From Auanema rhodensis (taxonomy: Eukaryota > Animalia > Nematoda), in the NCBI GenBank assembly GCA_964057225.1, contig OZ059894.1:23002001-23066000 (forward strand): 64,000 bases of DNA, read 5' to 3'. The position numbers were made by a program, and so were the translations under genes. The notes under the pieces were generated by a model. That model did not search any database and was not told the DNA's origin. It saw nothing but the letters and a program-made list of their open reading frames with translations. Numbering within the stretch: the first letter of the stretch is position 1; every line of letters starts with the position of its first letter. This document shows positions 39,101 to 53,200 of this stretch, in pieces.

Positions 39101-41500
39101 AAATTTCAAAAGAATTTAGCAAAAAGTAGATGTTTTTAGATTCCATTTTTCAAGGCAAAGACGATAGACAATGTTATTTAACGAAAAAATTAATTCTTTA
39201 GGGTGAAAATCGAGGATATAAGTGTGAACTTATATCAGTTGATATCTCGGTGCATTTTTAAGCTAGCGCAAATCTGATCACACAGATCGACGCAGCTTAA
39301 AAATCCGCATCGAATGCACTATACTACATTGAGAAACGCTTAATACACAAATTAGTTATGATCGTTTGAAAAATGATGCATTAGTGTATGTTGAGTTTCC
39401 ATGTACACTCAATATTGCTTCCAAAAACATTTTGACAAAAATTTTTTCGAAAAATTTCAGAAGAATTTAGCAAAAAGTAGATGTTTTTAGATTCCATTTT
39501 TCAAGGCAAAGACGATAGACAATGTTATTCAACGAAAAAATTATTTCTTCAGGGTGAAAATCGAGGATATAAGTGTGAACTTATATCAGTTGATATCTCG
39601 GTGCATTTTTAAGCTAGCGCAAATCTGATCACACAGATCGACGCAGCTTAAAAATCCGCATCGAATGCACTTTACTACATTGAGAAACGCTTAATACAAA
39701 AATTAGTTATGATCGTTTGAAAAATGATGCATTAGTGTATGTTGAGTTTCCATGTACACTCAATATTGCTTCCAAAAACATTTTGACAAAAATTTTTTCG
39801 AAAAATTTCAAAATAATTTAGCAAAAAGTAGATGTTTTTAGATTCCATTTTTCAAGGCAAAGACGATAGACAATGTTATTTAACGAAAAAATTAATTCTT
39901 TAGGGTGAAAATCGAGGATATAAGTGTGAACTTATATCAGTTGATATCTCGATGCATTTTTAAGCTAGCGCAAATCTGATCACACAGATCGACGCAGCTT
40001 AAAAATCCGCATCGAATGCACTATACTACATTGAGAAACGCTTAATACACAAATTAGTTATGATCGTTTGAAAAATGATGCATTAGTGTATGTTGAGTTT
40101 CCATGTACACTCAATATTGCTTCCAAAAACATTTTGACAAAAATTTTTTCGAAAAATTTCAAAAGAATTTAGCAAAAAGTAGATGTTTTTAGATTCCATT
40201 TTTCAAGGCAAAGACCATAGACAATGTTATTCAACGAAAAAATTATTTCTTCAGGGTGAAAATCGAGGATATAAGTGTGAACTTATATCAGTTGATATCT
40301 CGGTGCATTTTTAAGCTAGCGCAAATCTGATCACACAGATCGACGCAGCTTAAAAATCCGCATCGAATGCACTTTACTACATTGAGAAACGCTTAATACA
40401 AAAATTAGTTATGATCGTTTGAAAAATGATGCATTAGTGTATGTTGAGTTTCCATGTACACTCAATATTGCTTCCAAAAACATTTTGACAAAAATTTTTT
40501 CGAAAAATTTCAAAATAATTTAGCAAAAAGTAGATGTTTTTAGATTCCTTTTTTCAAGGCAAAGACGATGGACAATGTTATTCAACGAAAAAATTATTTC
40601 TTCAGGGTGAAAATCGAGGATATAAGTGTGAACTTATATCAGTTGATATCTCGGTGCATTTTCAAGCTAGCGCAAATCTGATAACACAGATCGACGCAGC
40701 TTAAAAATCCGCATCGAATGCACTATACTACATTGAGAAACGCTTGATACAAAAATTAGTTATGATCGTTTGAAAAATGATGCATTAGTGTATGTTGAGT
40801 TTCCATGTACAATCAACATTGCTTCCAAAAACATTTTGACAAAAATTTTTTCGAAAAATTTCAAAATAATTTAGCAAAAAGTAGATGTTTTTAGATTCCA
40901 TTTTTCAAGGCAAAGACGATAGACAATGTTATTCAACGAAAAAATTAATTCTTTAGGGTGAAAATCGAGGATATAAGTGTGAACTTATATCAGTTGATAT
41001 CTCGGTGCATTTTTAAGCTAGCGCAAATCTGATCACACAGATCGACGCAGCTTAAAAATCCGCATCGAATGCACTATACTACATTGAGAAACGCTTAATA
41101 CACAAATTAGTTATGATCGTTTGAAAAATGATGCATTAGTGTATGTTGAGTTTCCATGTACACTCAATATTGCTTCCAAAAACATTTTGACAAAAATTTT
41201 TTCGAAAAATTTCAAAAGAATTTAGCAAAAAGTAGATGTTTTTAGATTCCATTTTTCAAGGCAAAAACGATAGACAATGTTATTCAACGAAAAAATTATT
41301 TCTTCAGGGTGAAAATCGAGGATATAAGTGTGAACTTATATCAGTTGATATCTCGGTGCATTTTTAAGCTAGCGCAAATCTGATAACACAGATCGACGCA
41401 GCTTAAAAATCCGCATCGAATGCACTATACTACATTGAGAAACGCTTGATACAAAAATTAGTTATGATCGTTTGAAAAATGATGCATTAGTGTATGTTGA
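21160..41500 (+). repeat. Variable-length nested HOR domain (13-18 monomers per unit), ~4 units
   Basis: Marker CATTTTCAAG at 24871, 31188, 36100, 40663 (18, 14, 13 monomers apart). CTCGATGC at 23809, 30126, 35038, 39952. AAAATAGA at 30438/35350 and AAAAGATT at 30655/35567 (4912 apart). Confidence 0.82.
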
Positions 41501-44500
41501 GTTTCCATGTACACTCAACATTGCTTCCAAAAACATTTTGACAAAAATTTTTTCGAAAAATTTCAAAATAATTTAGCAAAAAGTAGATGTTTTTCGATTC
41601 CTTTTTCAAGGCAAAGACGATGGACAATGTTATTCAACGAAAAAATTAATTCTTCAGGGTGAAAATCGAGGATATAAGTGTGAACTTATATCAGTTGATA
41701 TCTCGGTGCATTTTTAAGCTAGCGCAAATCTGATAACACAGATCGACGCAGCTTAAAAATCCGCATCGAATGAACTCTACTACATTGAGAAACGCTTAAT
41801 ACAAAAATTAGTTATGATCGTTTGAAAAATGATGCATTAGTGTATGTTGAGTTTCCATGTACACTCAATATTGCTTCCAAAAACATTTTGACAAAAATTT
41901 TTTCGAGAAATTTCAAAATAATTTAGCAAAAAGTAGATGTTTTTAGATTCCTTTTTTCAAGGCAAAGACGATGGACAATGTTATTCAACGAAAAAATTAA
42001 TTCTTCAGGGTGAAAATCGAGGATATAAGTGTGAACTTATATCAGTTGATATCTCGGTGCATTTTTAAGCTAGCGCAAATCTGATAACACAGATCGACGC
42101 AGCTTAAAAATCCGCATCGAATGCACTCTACTACATTGAGAAACGCTTAATACAAAAATTAGTTATGATCGTTTGAAAAATGATGCATTAGTGTATGTTG
42201 AGTTTCCATGTACACTCAATATTGCTTCCAAAAACATTTTGACAAAAATTTTTTCGAGAAATTTCAAAATAATTTAGCAAAAAGTAGATGTTTTTAGATT
42301 CCTTTTTTCAAGGCAAAGACGATGGACAATGTTATTCAACGAAAAAATTATTTCTTCAGGGTGAAAATCGAGGATATAAGTGTGAACTTATATCAGTTGA
42401 TATCTCGGTGCATTTTTAAGCTAGCGCAAATCTGATAACACAGATCCACGCAGCTTAAAAATCCGCATCGAATGCACTATACTACATTGAGAAACGCTTG
42501 ATACAAAAATTAGTTATGATCGTTTGAAAAATGATGCATTAGTGTATGTTGAGTTTCCATGTACACTCAACATTGCTTCCAAAAACATTTTGACAAAAAT
42601 TTTTTCGAAAAATTTCAAAATAATTTAGCAAAAAGTAGATGTTTTTCGATTCCTTTTTCAAGGCAAAGACGATGGACAATGTTATTCAACGAAAAAATCA
42701 ATTCTTCAGGGTGAAAATCGAGGATATAAGTGTGAACTTATATCAGTTGATATCTCGGTGCATTTTTAAGCTAGCGCAAATCTGATAACACAGATCGACG
42801 CAGCTTAAAAATCCGCATCGAATGCACTCTACTACATTGAGAAACGCTTAATACAAAAATTAGTTATGATCGTTTGAAAAATGATGCATTAGTGTATGTT
42901 GAGTTTCCATGTACACTCAATATTGCTTCCAAAAACATTTTGACAAAAATTTTTTCGAGAAATTTCAAAATAATTTAGCAAAAAGTAGATGTTTTTAGAT
43001 TCCTTTTTTCAAGGCAAAGACGATGGACAATGTTATTCAACGAAAAAATTATTTCTTCAGGGTGAAAATCGAGGATATAAGTGTGAACTTATATCAGTTG
43101 ATATCTCGGTGCATTTTTAAGCTAGCGCAAATCTGATAACACAGATCGACGCAGCTTAAAAATCCGCATCGAATGCACTATACTACATTGAGAAACACTT
43201 GATACAAAAATTAGTTATGATCGTTTGAAAAATGATGCATTAGTGTATGTTGAGTTTCCATGTACACTCAACATTGCTTCCAAAAACATTTTGACAAAAA
43301 TTTTTTCGAAAAATTTCAAAATAATTTAGCAAAAAGTAGATGTTTTTCGATTCCTTTTTCAAGGCAAAGACGATGGACAATGTTATTCAACGAAAAAATT
43401 AATTCTTCAGGGTGAAAATCGAGGATATAAGTGTGAACTTATATCAGTTGATATCTCGGTGCATTTTTAAGCTAGCGCAAATCTGATAACACAGATCGAC
43501 GCAGCTTAAAAATCCGCATCGAATGAACTCTACTACATTGAGAAACGCTTAATACAAAAATTAGTTATGATCGTTTGAAAAATGATGCATTAGTGTATGT
43601 TGAGTTTCCATGTACACTCAATATTGCTTCCAAAAACATTTTGACAAAAATTTTTTCGAGAAATTTCAAAATAATTTAGCAAAAAGTAGATGTTTTTAGA
43701 TTCCTTTTTTCAAGGCAAAGACGATGGACAATGTTATTCAACGAAAAAATTAATTCTTCAGGGTGAAAATCGAGGATATAAGTGTGAACTTATATCAGTT
43801 GATATCTCGGTGCATTTTTAAGCTAGCGCAAATCTGATAACACAGATCGACGCAGCTTAAAAATCCGCATCGAATGCACTCTACTACATTGAGAAACGCT
43901 TAATACAAAAATTAGTTATGATCGTTTGAAAAATGATGCATTAGTGTATGTTGAGTTTCCATGTACACTCAATATTGCTTCCAAAAACATTTTGACAAAA
44001 ATTTTTTCGAGAAATTTCAAAATAATTTAGCAAAAAGTAGATGTTTTTAGATTCCTTTTTTCAAGGCAAAGACGATGGACAATGTTATTCAACGAAAAAA
44101 TTATTTCTTCAGGGTGAAAATCGAGGATATAAGTGTGAACTTATATCAGTTGATATCTCGGTGCATTTTTAAGCTAGCGCAAATCTGATAACACAGATCC
44201 ACGCAGCTTAAAAATCCGCATCGAATGCACTATACTACATTGAGAAACGCTTGATACAAAAATTAGTTATGATCGTTTGAAAAATGATGCATTAGTGTAT
44301 GTTGAGTTTCCATGTACACTCAACATTGCTTCCAAAAACATTTTGACAAAAATTTTTTCGAAAAATTTCAAAATAATTTAGCAAAAAGTAGATGTTTTTC
44401 GATTCCTTTTTCAAGGCAAAGACGATGGACAATGTTATTCAACGAAAAAATCAATTCTTCAGGGTGAAAATCGAGGATATAAGTGTGAACTTATATCAGT

Positions 44501-47500
44501 TGATATCTCGGTGCATTTTTAAGCTAGCGCAAATCTGATAACACAGATCGACGCAGCTTAAAAATCCGCATCGAATGCACTCTACTACATTGAGAAACGC
44601 TTAATACAAAAATTAGTTATGATCGTTTGAAAAATGATGCATTAGTGTATGTTGAGTTTCCATGTACACTCAATATTGCTTCCAAAAACATTTTGACAAA
44701 AATTTTTTCGAGAAATTTCAAAATAATTTAGCAAAAAGTAGATGTTTTTAGATTCCTTTTTTCAAGGCAAAGACGATGGACAATGTTATTCAACGAAAAA
44801 ATTATTTCTTCAGGGTGAAAATCGAGGATATAAGTGTGAACTTATATCAGTTGATATCTCGGTGCATTTTTAAGCTAGCGCAAATCTGATAACACAGATC
44901 GACGCAGCTTAAAAATCCGCATCGAATGCACTATACTACATTGAGAAACACTTGATACAAAAATTAGTTATGATCGTTTGAAAAATGATGCATTAGTGTA
45001 TGTTGAGTTTCCATGTACACTCAACATTGCTTCCAAAAACATTTTGACAAAAATTTTTTCGAAAAATTTCAAAATAATTTAGCAAAAAGTAGATGTTTTT
45101 CGATTCCTTTTTCAAGGCAAAGACGATGGACAATGTTATTCAACGAAAAAATTAATTCTTCAGGGTGAAAATCGAGGATATAAGTGTGAACTTATATCAG
45201 TTGATATCTCGGTGCATTTTTAAGCTAGCGCAAATCTGATAACACAGATCGACGCAGCTTAAAAATCCGCATCGAATGCACTCTACTACATTGAGAAACG
45301 CTTAATACAAAAATTAGTTATGATCGTTTGAAAAATGATGCATTAGTGTATGTTGAGTTTCCATGTACACTCAATATTGCTTCCAAAAACATTTTGACAA
45401 AAATTTTTTCGAGAAATTTCAAAATAATTTAGCAAAAAGTAGATGTTTTTAGATTCCTTTTTTCAAGGCAAAGACGATGGACAATGTTATTCAACGAAAA
45501 AATTATTTCTTCAGGGTGAAAATCGAGGATATAAGTGTGAACTTATATCAGTTGATATCTCGGTGCATTTTTAAGCTAGCGCAAATCTGATAACACTGAT
45601 CCACGCAGCTTAAAAATCCGCATCGAATGCACTATACTACATTGAGAAACGCTTGATACAAAAATTAGTTATGATCGTTTGAAAAATGATGCATTAGTGT
45701 ATGTTGAGTTTCCATGTACACTCAACATTGCTTCCAAAAACATTTTGACAAAAATTTTTTCGAAAAATTTCAAAATAATTTAGCAAAAAGTAGATGTTTT
45801 TCGATTCCTTTTTCAAGGCAAAGACGATGGACAATGTTATTCAACGAAAAAATCAATTCTTCAGGGTGAAAATCGAGGATATAAGTGTGAACTTATATCA
45901 GTTGATATCTCGGTGCATTTTTAAGCTAGCGCAAATCTGATAACACAGATCGACGCAGCTTAAAAATCCGCATCGAATGCACTCTACTACATTGAGAAAC
46001 GCTTAATACAAAAATTAGTTATGATCGTTTGAAAAATGATGCATTAGTGTATGTTGAGTTTCCATGTACACTCAATATTGCTTCCAAAAACATTTTGACA
46101 AAAATTTTTTCGAGAAATTTCAAAATAATTTAGCAAAAAGTAGATGTTTTTAGATTCCTTTTTTCAAGGCAAAGACGATGGACAATGTTATTCAACGAAA
46201 AAATTATTTCTTCAGGGTGAAAATCGAGGATATAAGTGTGAACTTATATCAGTTGATATCTCGGTGCATTTTTAAGCTAGCGCAAATCTGATAACACAGA
46301 TCGACGCAGCTTAAAAATCCGCATCGAATGCACTATACTACATTGAGAAACACTTGATACAAAAATTAGTTATGATCGTTTGAAAAATGATGCATTAGTG
46401 TATGTTGAGTTTCCATGTACACTCAACATTGCTTCCAAAAACATTTTGACAAAAATTTTTTCGAAAAATTTCAAAATAATTTAGCAAAAAGTAGATGTTT
46501 TTCGATTCCTTTTTCAAGGCAAAGACGATGGACAATGTTATTCAACGAAAAAATTAATTCTTCAGGGTGAAAATCGAGGATATAAGTGTGAACTTATATC
46601 AGTTGATATCTCGGTGCATTTTTAAGCTAGCGCAAATCTGATAACACAGATCGACGCAGCTTAAAAATCCGCATCGAATGAACTCTACTACATTGAGAAA
46701 CGCTTAATACAAAAATTAGTTATGATCGTTTGAAAAATGATGCATTAGTGTATGTTGAGTTTCCATGTACACTCAATATTGCTTCCAAAAACATTTTGAC
46801 AAAAATTTTTTCGAGAAATTTCAAAATAATTTAGCAAAAAGTAGATGTTTTTAGATTCCTTTTTTCAAGGCAAAGACGATGGACAATGTTATTCAACGAA
46901 AAAATTAATTCTTCAGGGTGAAAATCGAGGATATAAGTGTGAACTTATATCAGTTGATATCTCGGTGCATTTTTAAGCTAGCGCAAATCTGATAACACAG
47001 ATCGACGCAGCTTAAAAATCCGCATCGAATGCACTCTACTACATTGAGAAACGCTTAATACAAAAATTAGTTATGATCGTTTGAAAAATGATGCATTAGT
47101 GTATGTTGAGTTTCCATGTACACTCAATATTGCTTCCAAAAACATTTTGACAAAAATTTTTTCGAGAAATTTCAGAATAATTTAGCAAAAAGTAGATGTT
47201 TTTAGATTCCTTTTTTCAAGGCAAAGACGATGGACAATGTTATTCAACGAAAAAATTATTTCTTCAGGGTGAAAATCGAGGATATAAGTGTGAACTTATA
47301 TCAGTTGATATCTCGGTGCATTTTTAAGCTAGCGCAAATCTGATAACACAGATCCACGCAGCTTAAAAATCCGCATCGAATGCACTATACTACATTGAGA
47401 AACGCTTGATACAAAAATTAGTTATGATCGTTTGAAAAATGATGCATTAGTGTATGTTGAGTTTCCATGTACACTCAACATTGCTTCCAAAAACATTTTG

Positions 47501-50200
47501 ACAAAAATTTTTTCGAAAAATTTCAAAATAATTTAGCAAAAAGTAGATGTTTTTCGATTCCTTTTTCAAGGCAAAGACGATGGACAATGTTATTCAACGA
47601 AAAAATCAATTCTTCAGGGTGAAAATCGAGGATATAAGTGTGAACTTATATCAGTTGATATCTCGGTGCATTTTTAAGCTAGCGCAAATCTGATAACACA
47701 GATCGACGCAGCTTAAAAATCCGCATCGAATGCACTCTACTACATTGAGAAACGCTTAATACAAAAATTAGTTATGATCGTTTGAAAAATGATGCATTAG
47801 TGTATGTTGAGTTTCCATGTACACTCAATATTGCTTCCAAAAACATTTTGACAAAAATTTTTTCGAGAAATTTCAAAATAATTTAGCAAAAAGTAGATGT
47901 TTTTAGATTCCTTTTTTCAAGGCAAAGACGATGGACAATGTTATTCAACGAAAAAATTATTTCTTCAGGGTGAAAATCGAGGATATAAGTGTGAACTTAT
48001 ATCAGTTGATATCTCGGTGCATTTTTAAGCTAGCGCAAATCTGATAACACAGATCGACGCAGCTTAAAAATCCGCATCGAATGCACTATACTACATTGAG
48101 AAACACTTGATACAAAAATTAGTTATGATCGTTTGAAAAATGATGCATTAGTGTATGTTGAGTTTCCATGTACACTCAACATTGCTTCCAAAAACATTTT
48201 GACAAAAATTTTTTCGAAAAATTTCAAAATAATTTAGCAAAAAGTAGATGTTTTTCGATTCCTTTTTCAAGGCAAAGACGATGGACAATGTTATTCAACG
48301 AAAAAATTAATTCTTCAGGGTGAAAATCGAGGATATAAGTGTGAACTTATATCAGTTGATATCTCGGTGCATTTTTAAGCTAGCGCAAATCTGATAACAC
48401 AGATCGACGCAGCTTAAAAATCCGCATCGAATGCACTCTACTACATTGAGAAACGCTTAATACAAAAATTAGTTATGATCGTTTGAAAAATGATGCATTA
48501 GTGTATGTTGAGTTTCCATGTACACTCAATATTGCTTCCAAAAACATTTTGACAAAAATTTTTTCGAGAAATTTCAAAATAATTTAGCAAAAAGTAGATG
48601 TTTTTAGATTCCTTTTTTCAAGGCAAAGACGATGGACAATGTTATTCAACGAAAAAATTATTTCTTCAGGGTGAAAATCGAGGATATAAGTGTGAACTTA
48701 TATCAGTTGATATCTCGGTGCATTTTTAAGCTAGCGCAAATCTGATAACACTGATCCACGCAGCTTAAAAATCCGCATCGAATGCACTATACTACATTGA
48801 GAAACGCTTGATACAAAAATTAGTTATGATCGTTTGAAAAATGATGCATTAGTGTATGTTGAGTTTCCATGTACACTCAACATTGCTTCCAAAAACATTT
48901 TGACAAAAATTTTTTCGAAAAATTTCAAAATAATTTAGCAAAAAGTAGATGTTTTTCGATTCCTTTTTCAAGGCAAAGACGATGGACAATGTTATTCAAC
49001 GAAAAAATCAATTCTTCAGGGTGAAAATCGAGGATATAAGTGTGAACTTATATCAGTTGATATCTCGGTGCATTTTTAAGCTAGCGCAAATCTGATAACA
49101 CAGATCGACGCAGCTTAAAAATCCGCATCGAATGCACTCTACTACATTGAGAAACGCTTAATACAAAAATTAGTTATGATCGTTTGAAAAATGATGCATT
49201 AGTGTATGTTGAGTTTCCATGTACACTCAATATTGCTTCCAAAAACATTTTGACAAAAATTTTTTCGAGAAATTTCAAAATAATTTAGCAAAAAGTAGAT
49301 GTTTTTAGATTCCTTTTTTCAAGACAAAGACGATGGACAATGTTATTCAACGAAAAAATTATTTCTTCAGGGTGAAAATCGAGGATATAAGTGTGAACTT
49401 ATATCAGTTGATATCTCGGTGCATTTTTAAGCTAGCGCAAATCTGATAACACAGATCGACGCAGCTTAAAAATCCGCATCGAATGCACTATACTACATTG
49501 AGAAACACTTGATACAAAAATCAGTTATGATCGTTTGAAAAATGATGCATTAGTGTATGTTGAGTTTCCATGTACACTCAACATTGCTTCCAAAAACATT
49601 TTGACAAAAATTTTTTCGAAAAATTTCAAAATAATTTAGCAAAAAGTAGATGTTTTTCGATTCCTTTTTCAAGGCAAAGACGATGGACAATGTTATTCAA
49701 CGAAAAAATTAATTCTTCAGGGTGAAAATCGAGGATATAAGTGTGAACTTATATCAGTTGATATCTCGGTGCATTTTTAAGCTAGCGCAAATCTGATAAC
49801 ACAGATCGACGCAGCTTGAAAATCCGCATCGAATGCACTCTACTACATTGAGAAACGCTTAATACAAAAATTAGTTATGATCGTTTGAAAAATGATGCAT
49901 TAGTGTATGTTGAGTTTCCATGTACACTCAATATTGCTTCCAAAAACATTTTGACAAAAATTTTTTCGAGAAATTTCAAAATAATTTAGCAAAAAGTAGA
50001 TGTTTTTAGATTCCTTTTTTCAAGGCAAAGACGATGGACAATGTTATTCAACGAAAAAATTATTTCTTCAGGGTGAAAATCGAGGATATAAGTGTGAACT
50101 TATATCAGTTGATATCTCGGTGCATTTTTAAGCTAGCGCAAATCTGATAACACAGATCCACGCAGCTTAAAAATCCGCATCGAATGCACTATACTACATT
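41500..50200 (+). repeat. Dimer-based HOR domain: alternating 5-mer (1753) and 4-mer (1402) = 9-mer (3155 bp)
   Basis: GAAACACTT at 43197, 44950, 46352, 48105, 49507 (gaps 1753, 1402, 1753, 1402). ACACTGATCC at 45597/48752 (3155 apart). 350-bp and 351-bp monomers largely alternate. Confidence 0.9.
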
Positions 50201-53200
50201 GAGAAACGCTTGATACAAAAATTAGTTATGATCGTTTGAAAAATGATGCATTAGTGTATGTTGAGTTTCCATGTACACTCAACATTGCTTCCAAAAACAT
50301 TTTGACAAAAATTTTTTCGAAAAATTTCAAAAGAATTTAGCAAAAAGTAGATGTTTTTAGATTCCATTTTTCAAGGCAAAGACGATAGACAATGTTATTT
50401 AACGAAAAAATTAATTCTTTAGGGTGAAAATCGAGGATATAAGTGTGAACTTATATCAGTTGATATCTCGGTGCATTTTTAAGCTAGCGCAAATCTGATC
50501 ACACAGATCGACGCAGCTTAAAAATCCGCATCGAATGCACTATACTACATTGAGAAACGCTTGATACACAAATTAGTTATGATCGTTTGAAAAATGATGC
50601 ATTAGTGTATGTTGAGTTTCCATGTACACTCAATATTGCTTCCAAAAACATTTTGACAAAAATTTTTTCGAGAAATTTCAAAATAATTTAGCAAAAAGTA
50701 GATGTTTTTAGATTCCTTTTTTCAAGGCAAAGACGATGGACAATGTTATTCAACAAAAAAATTATTTCTTCAGGGTGAAAATCGAGGATATAAGTGTGAA
50801 CTTATATCAGTTGATATCTCGGTGCATTTTTAAGCTAGCGCAAATCTGATAACACAGATCGACGCAGCTTAAAAATCCGCATCGAATGCACTATACTACA
50901 TTGAGAAACGCTTGATACAAAAATTAGTTATGATCGTTTGAAAAATGATGCATTAGTGTATGTTGAGTTTCCATGTACACTCAACATTGCTTCCAAAAAC
51001 ATTTTGACAAAAATTTTTTCGAAAAATTTCAAAAGAATTTAGCAAAAAGTAGATGTTTTTAGATTCCATTTTTCAAGGCAAAGACGATAGACAATGTTAT
51101 TTAACGAAAAAATTAATTCTTTAGGGTGAAAATCGAGGATATAAGTGTGAACTTATATCAGTTGATATCTCGGTGCATTTTTAAGCTAGCGCAAATCTGA
51201 TCACACAGATCGACGCAGCTTAAAAATCCGCATCGAATGCACTATACTACATTGAGAAACGCTTAATACACAAATTAGTTATGATCGTTTGAAAAATGAT
51301 GCATTAGTGTATGTTGAGTTTCCATGTACACTCAATATTGCTTCCAAAAACATTTTGACAAAAATTTTTTCGAAAAATTTCAAAAGAATTTAGCAAAAAG
51401 TAGATGTTTTTAGATTCCATTTTTCAAGGCAAAGACGATAGACAATGTTATTCAACGAAAAAATTATTTCTTCAGGGTGAAAATCGAGGATATAAGTGTG
51501 AACTTATATCAGTTGATATCTCGGTGCATTTTTAAGCTAGCGCAAATCTGATCACACAGATCGACGCAGCTTAAAAATCCGCATCGAATGCACTTTACTA
51601 CATTGAGAAACGCTTAATACAAAAATTAGTTATGATCGTTTGAAAAATGATGCATTAGTGTATGTTGAGTTTCCATGTACACTCAATATTGCTTCCAAAA
51701 ACATTTTGACAAAAATTTTTTCGAAAAATTTCAAAATAATTTAGCAAAAAGTAGATGTTTTTAGATTCCATTTTTCAAGGCAAAGACGATGGACAATGTT
51801 ATTTAACGAAAAAATTATTTCTTCAGGGTGAAAATCGAGGATATAAGTGTGAACATATATCAGTTGATATCTCGGTGCATTTTTAAGCTAGCGCAAATCT
51901 GATAACACAGATCGACGCAGCTTAAAAATCCGCATCGAATGCACTCTATTACATTGAGAAACGCTTAATACAAAAATTAGTTATGATCGTTTGAAAAATG
52001 ATGCATTAGTGTATGTTGAGTTTCCATGTACACTCAATATTGCTTCCAAAAACATTTTGACAAAAATTTTTTCGAAAAATTTCAAAATAATTTAGCAAAA
52101 AGTAGATGTTTTTAGATTCCTTTTTTCAAGGCAAAGACGATGGACAATGTTATTCAACGAAAAAATTATTTCTTCAGGGTGAAAATCGAGGATATAAGTG
52201 TGAACATATATCAGTTGATATCTCGGTGCATTTTTAAGCTAGCGCAAATCTGATAACACAGATCGACGCAGCTTAAAAATCCGCATCGAATGCACTCTAT
52301 TACATTGAGAAACGCTTAATACAAAAATTAGTTATGATCGTTTGAAAAATGATGCATTAGTGTATGTTGAGTTTCCATGTACACTCAATATTGCTTCCAA
52401 AAACATTTTGACAAAAATTTTTTCGAAAAATTTCAAAATAATTTAGCAAAAAGTAGATGTTTTTAGATTCCTTTTTTCAAGGCAAAGACGATGGACAATG
52501 TTATTCAACGAAAAAATTATTTCTTCAGGGTGAAAATCGAGGATATAAGTGTGAACTTATATCAGTTGATATCTCGGTGCATTTTCAAGCTAGCGCAAAT
52601 CTGATAACACAGATCGACGCAGCTTAAAAATCCGCATCGAATGCACTATACTACATTGAGAAACGCTTGATACAAAAATTAGTTATGATCGTTTGAAAAA
52701 TGATGCATTAGTGTATGTTGAGTTTCCATGTACAATCAACATTGCTTCCAAAACCTTTTTGACAAAAATTTTTTCGAAAAATTTCAAAATAATTTAGCAA
52801 AAAGTAGATGTTTTTAGATTCCATTTTTCAAGGCAAAGACGATAGACGATGTTATTCAACGAAAAAATTAATTCTTTAGGGTGAAAATCGAGGATATAAG
52901 TGTGAACTTATATCAGTTGATATCTCGGTGCATTTTTAAGCTAGCGCAAATCTGATTACACAGATCGACGCAGCTTAAAAATCCGCATCGAATGCACTAT
53001 ACTACATTGAGAAACGCTTAATACACAAATTAGTTATGATCGTTTGAAAAATGATGCATTAGTGTATGTTGAGTTTCCATGTACACTCAATATTGCTTCC
53101 AAAAACATTTTGACAAAAATTTTTTCGAAAAATTTCAAAAGAATTTAGCAAAAAGTAGATGTTTTTAGATTCTATTTTTCAAGGCAAAGACGATAGACAA

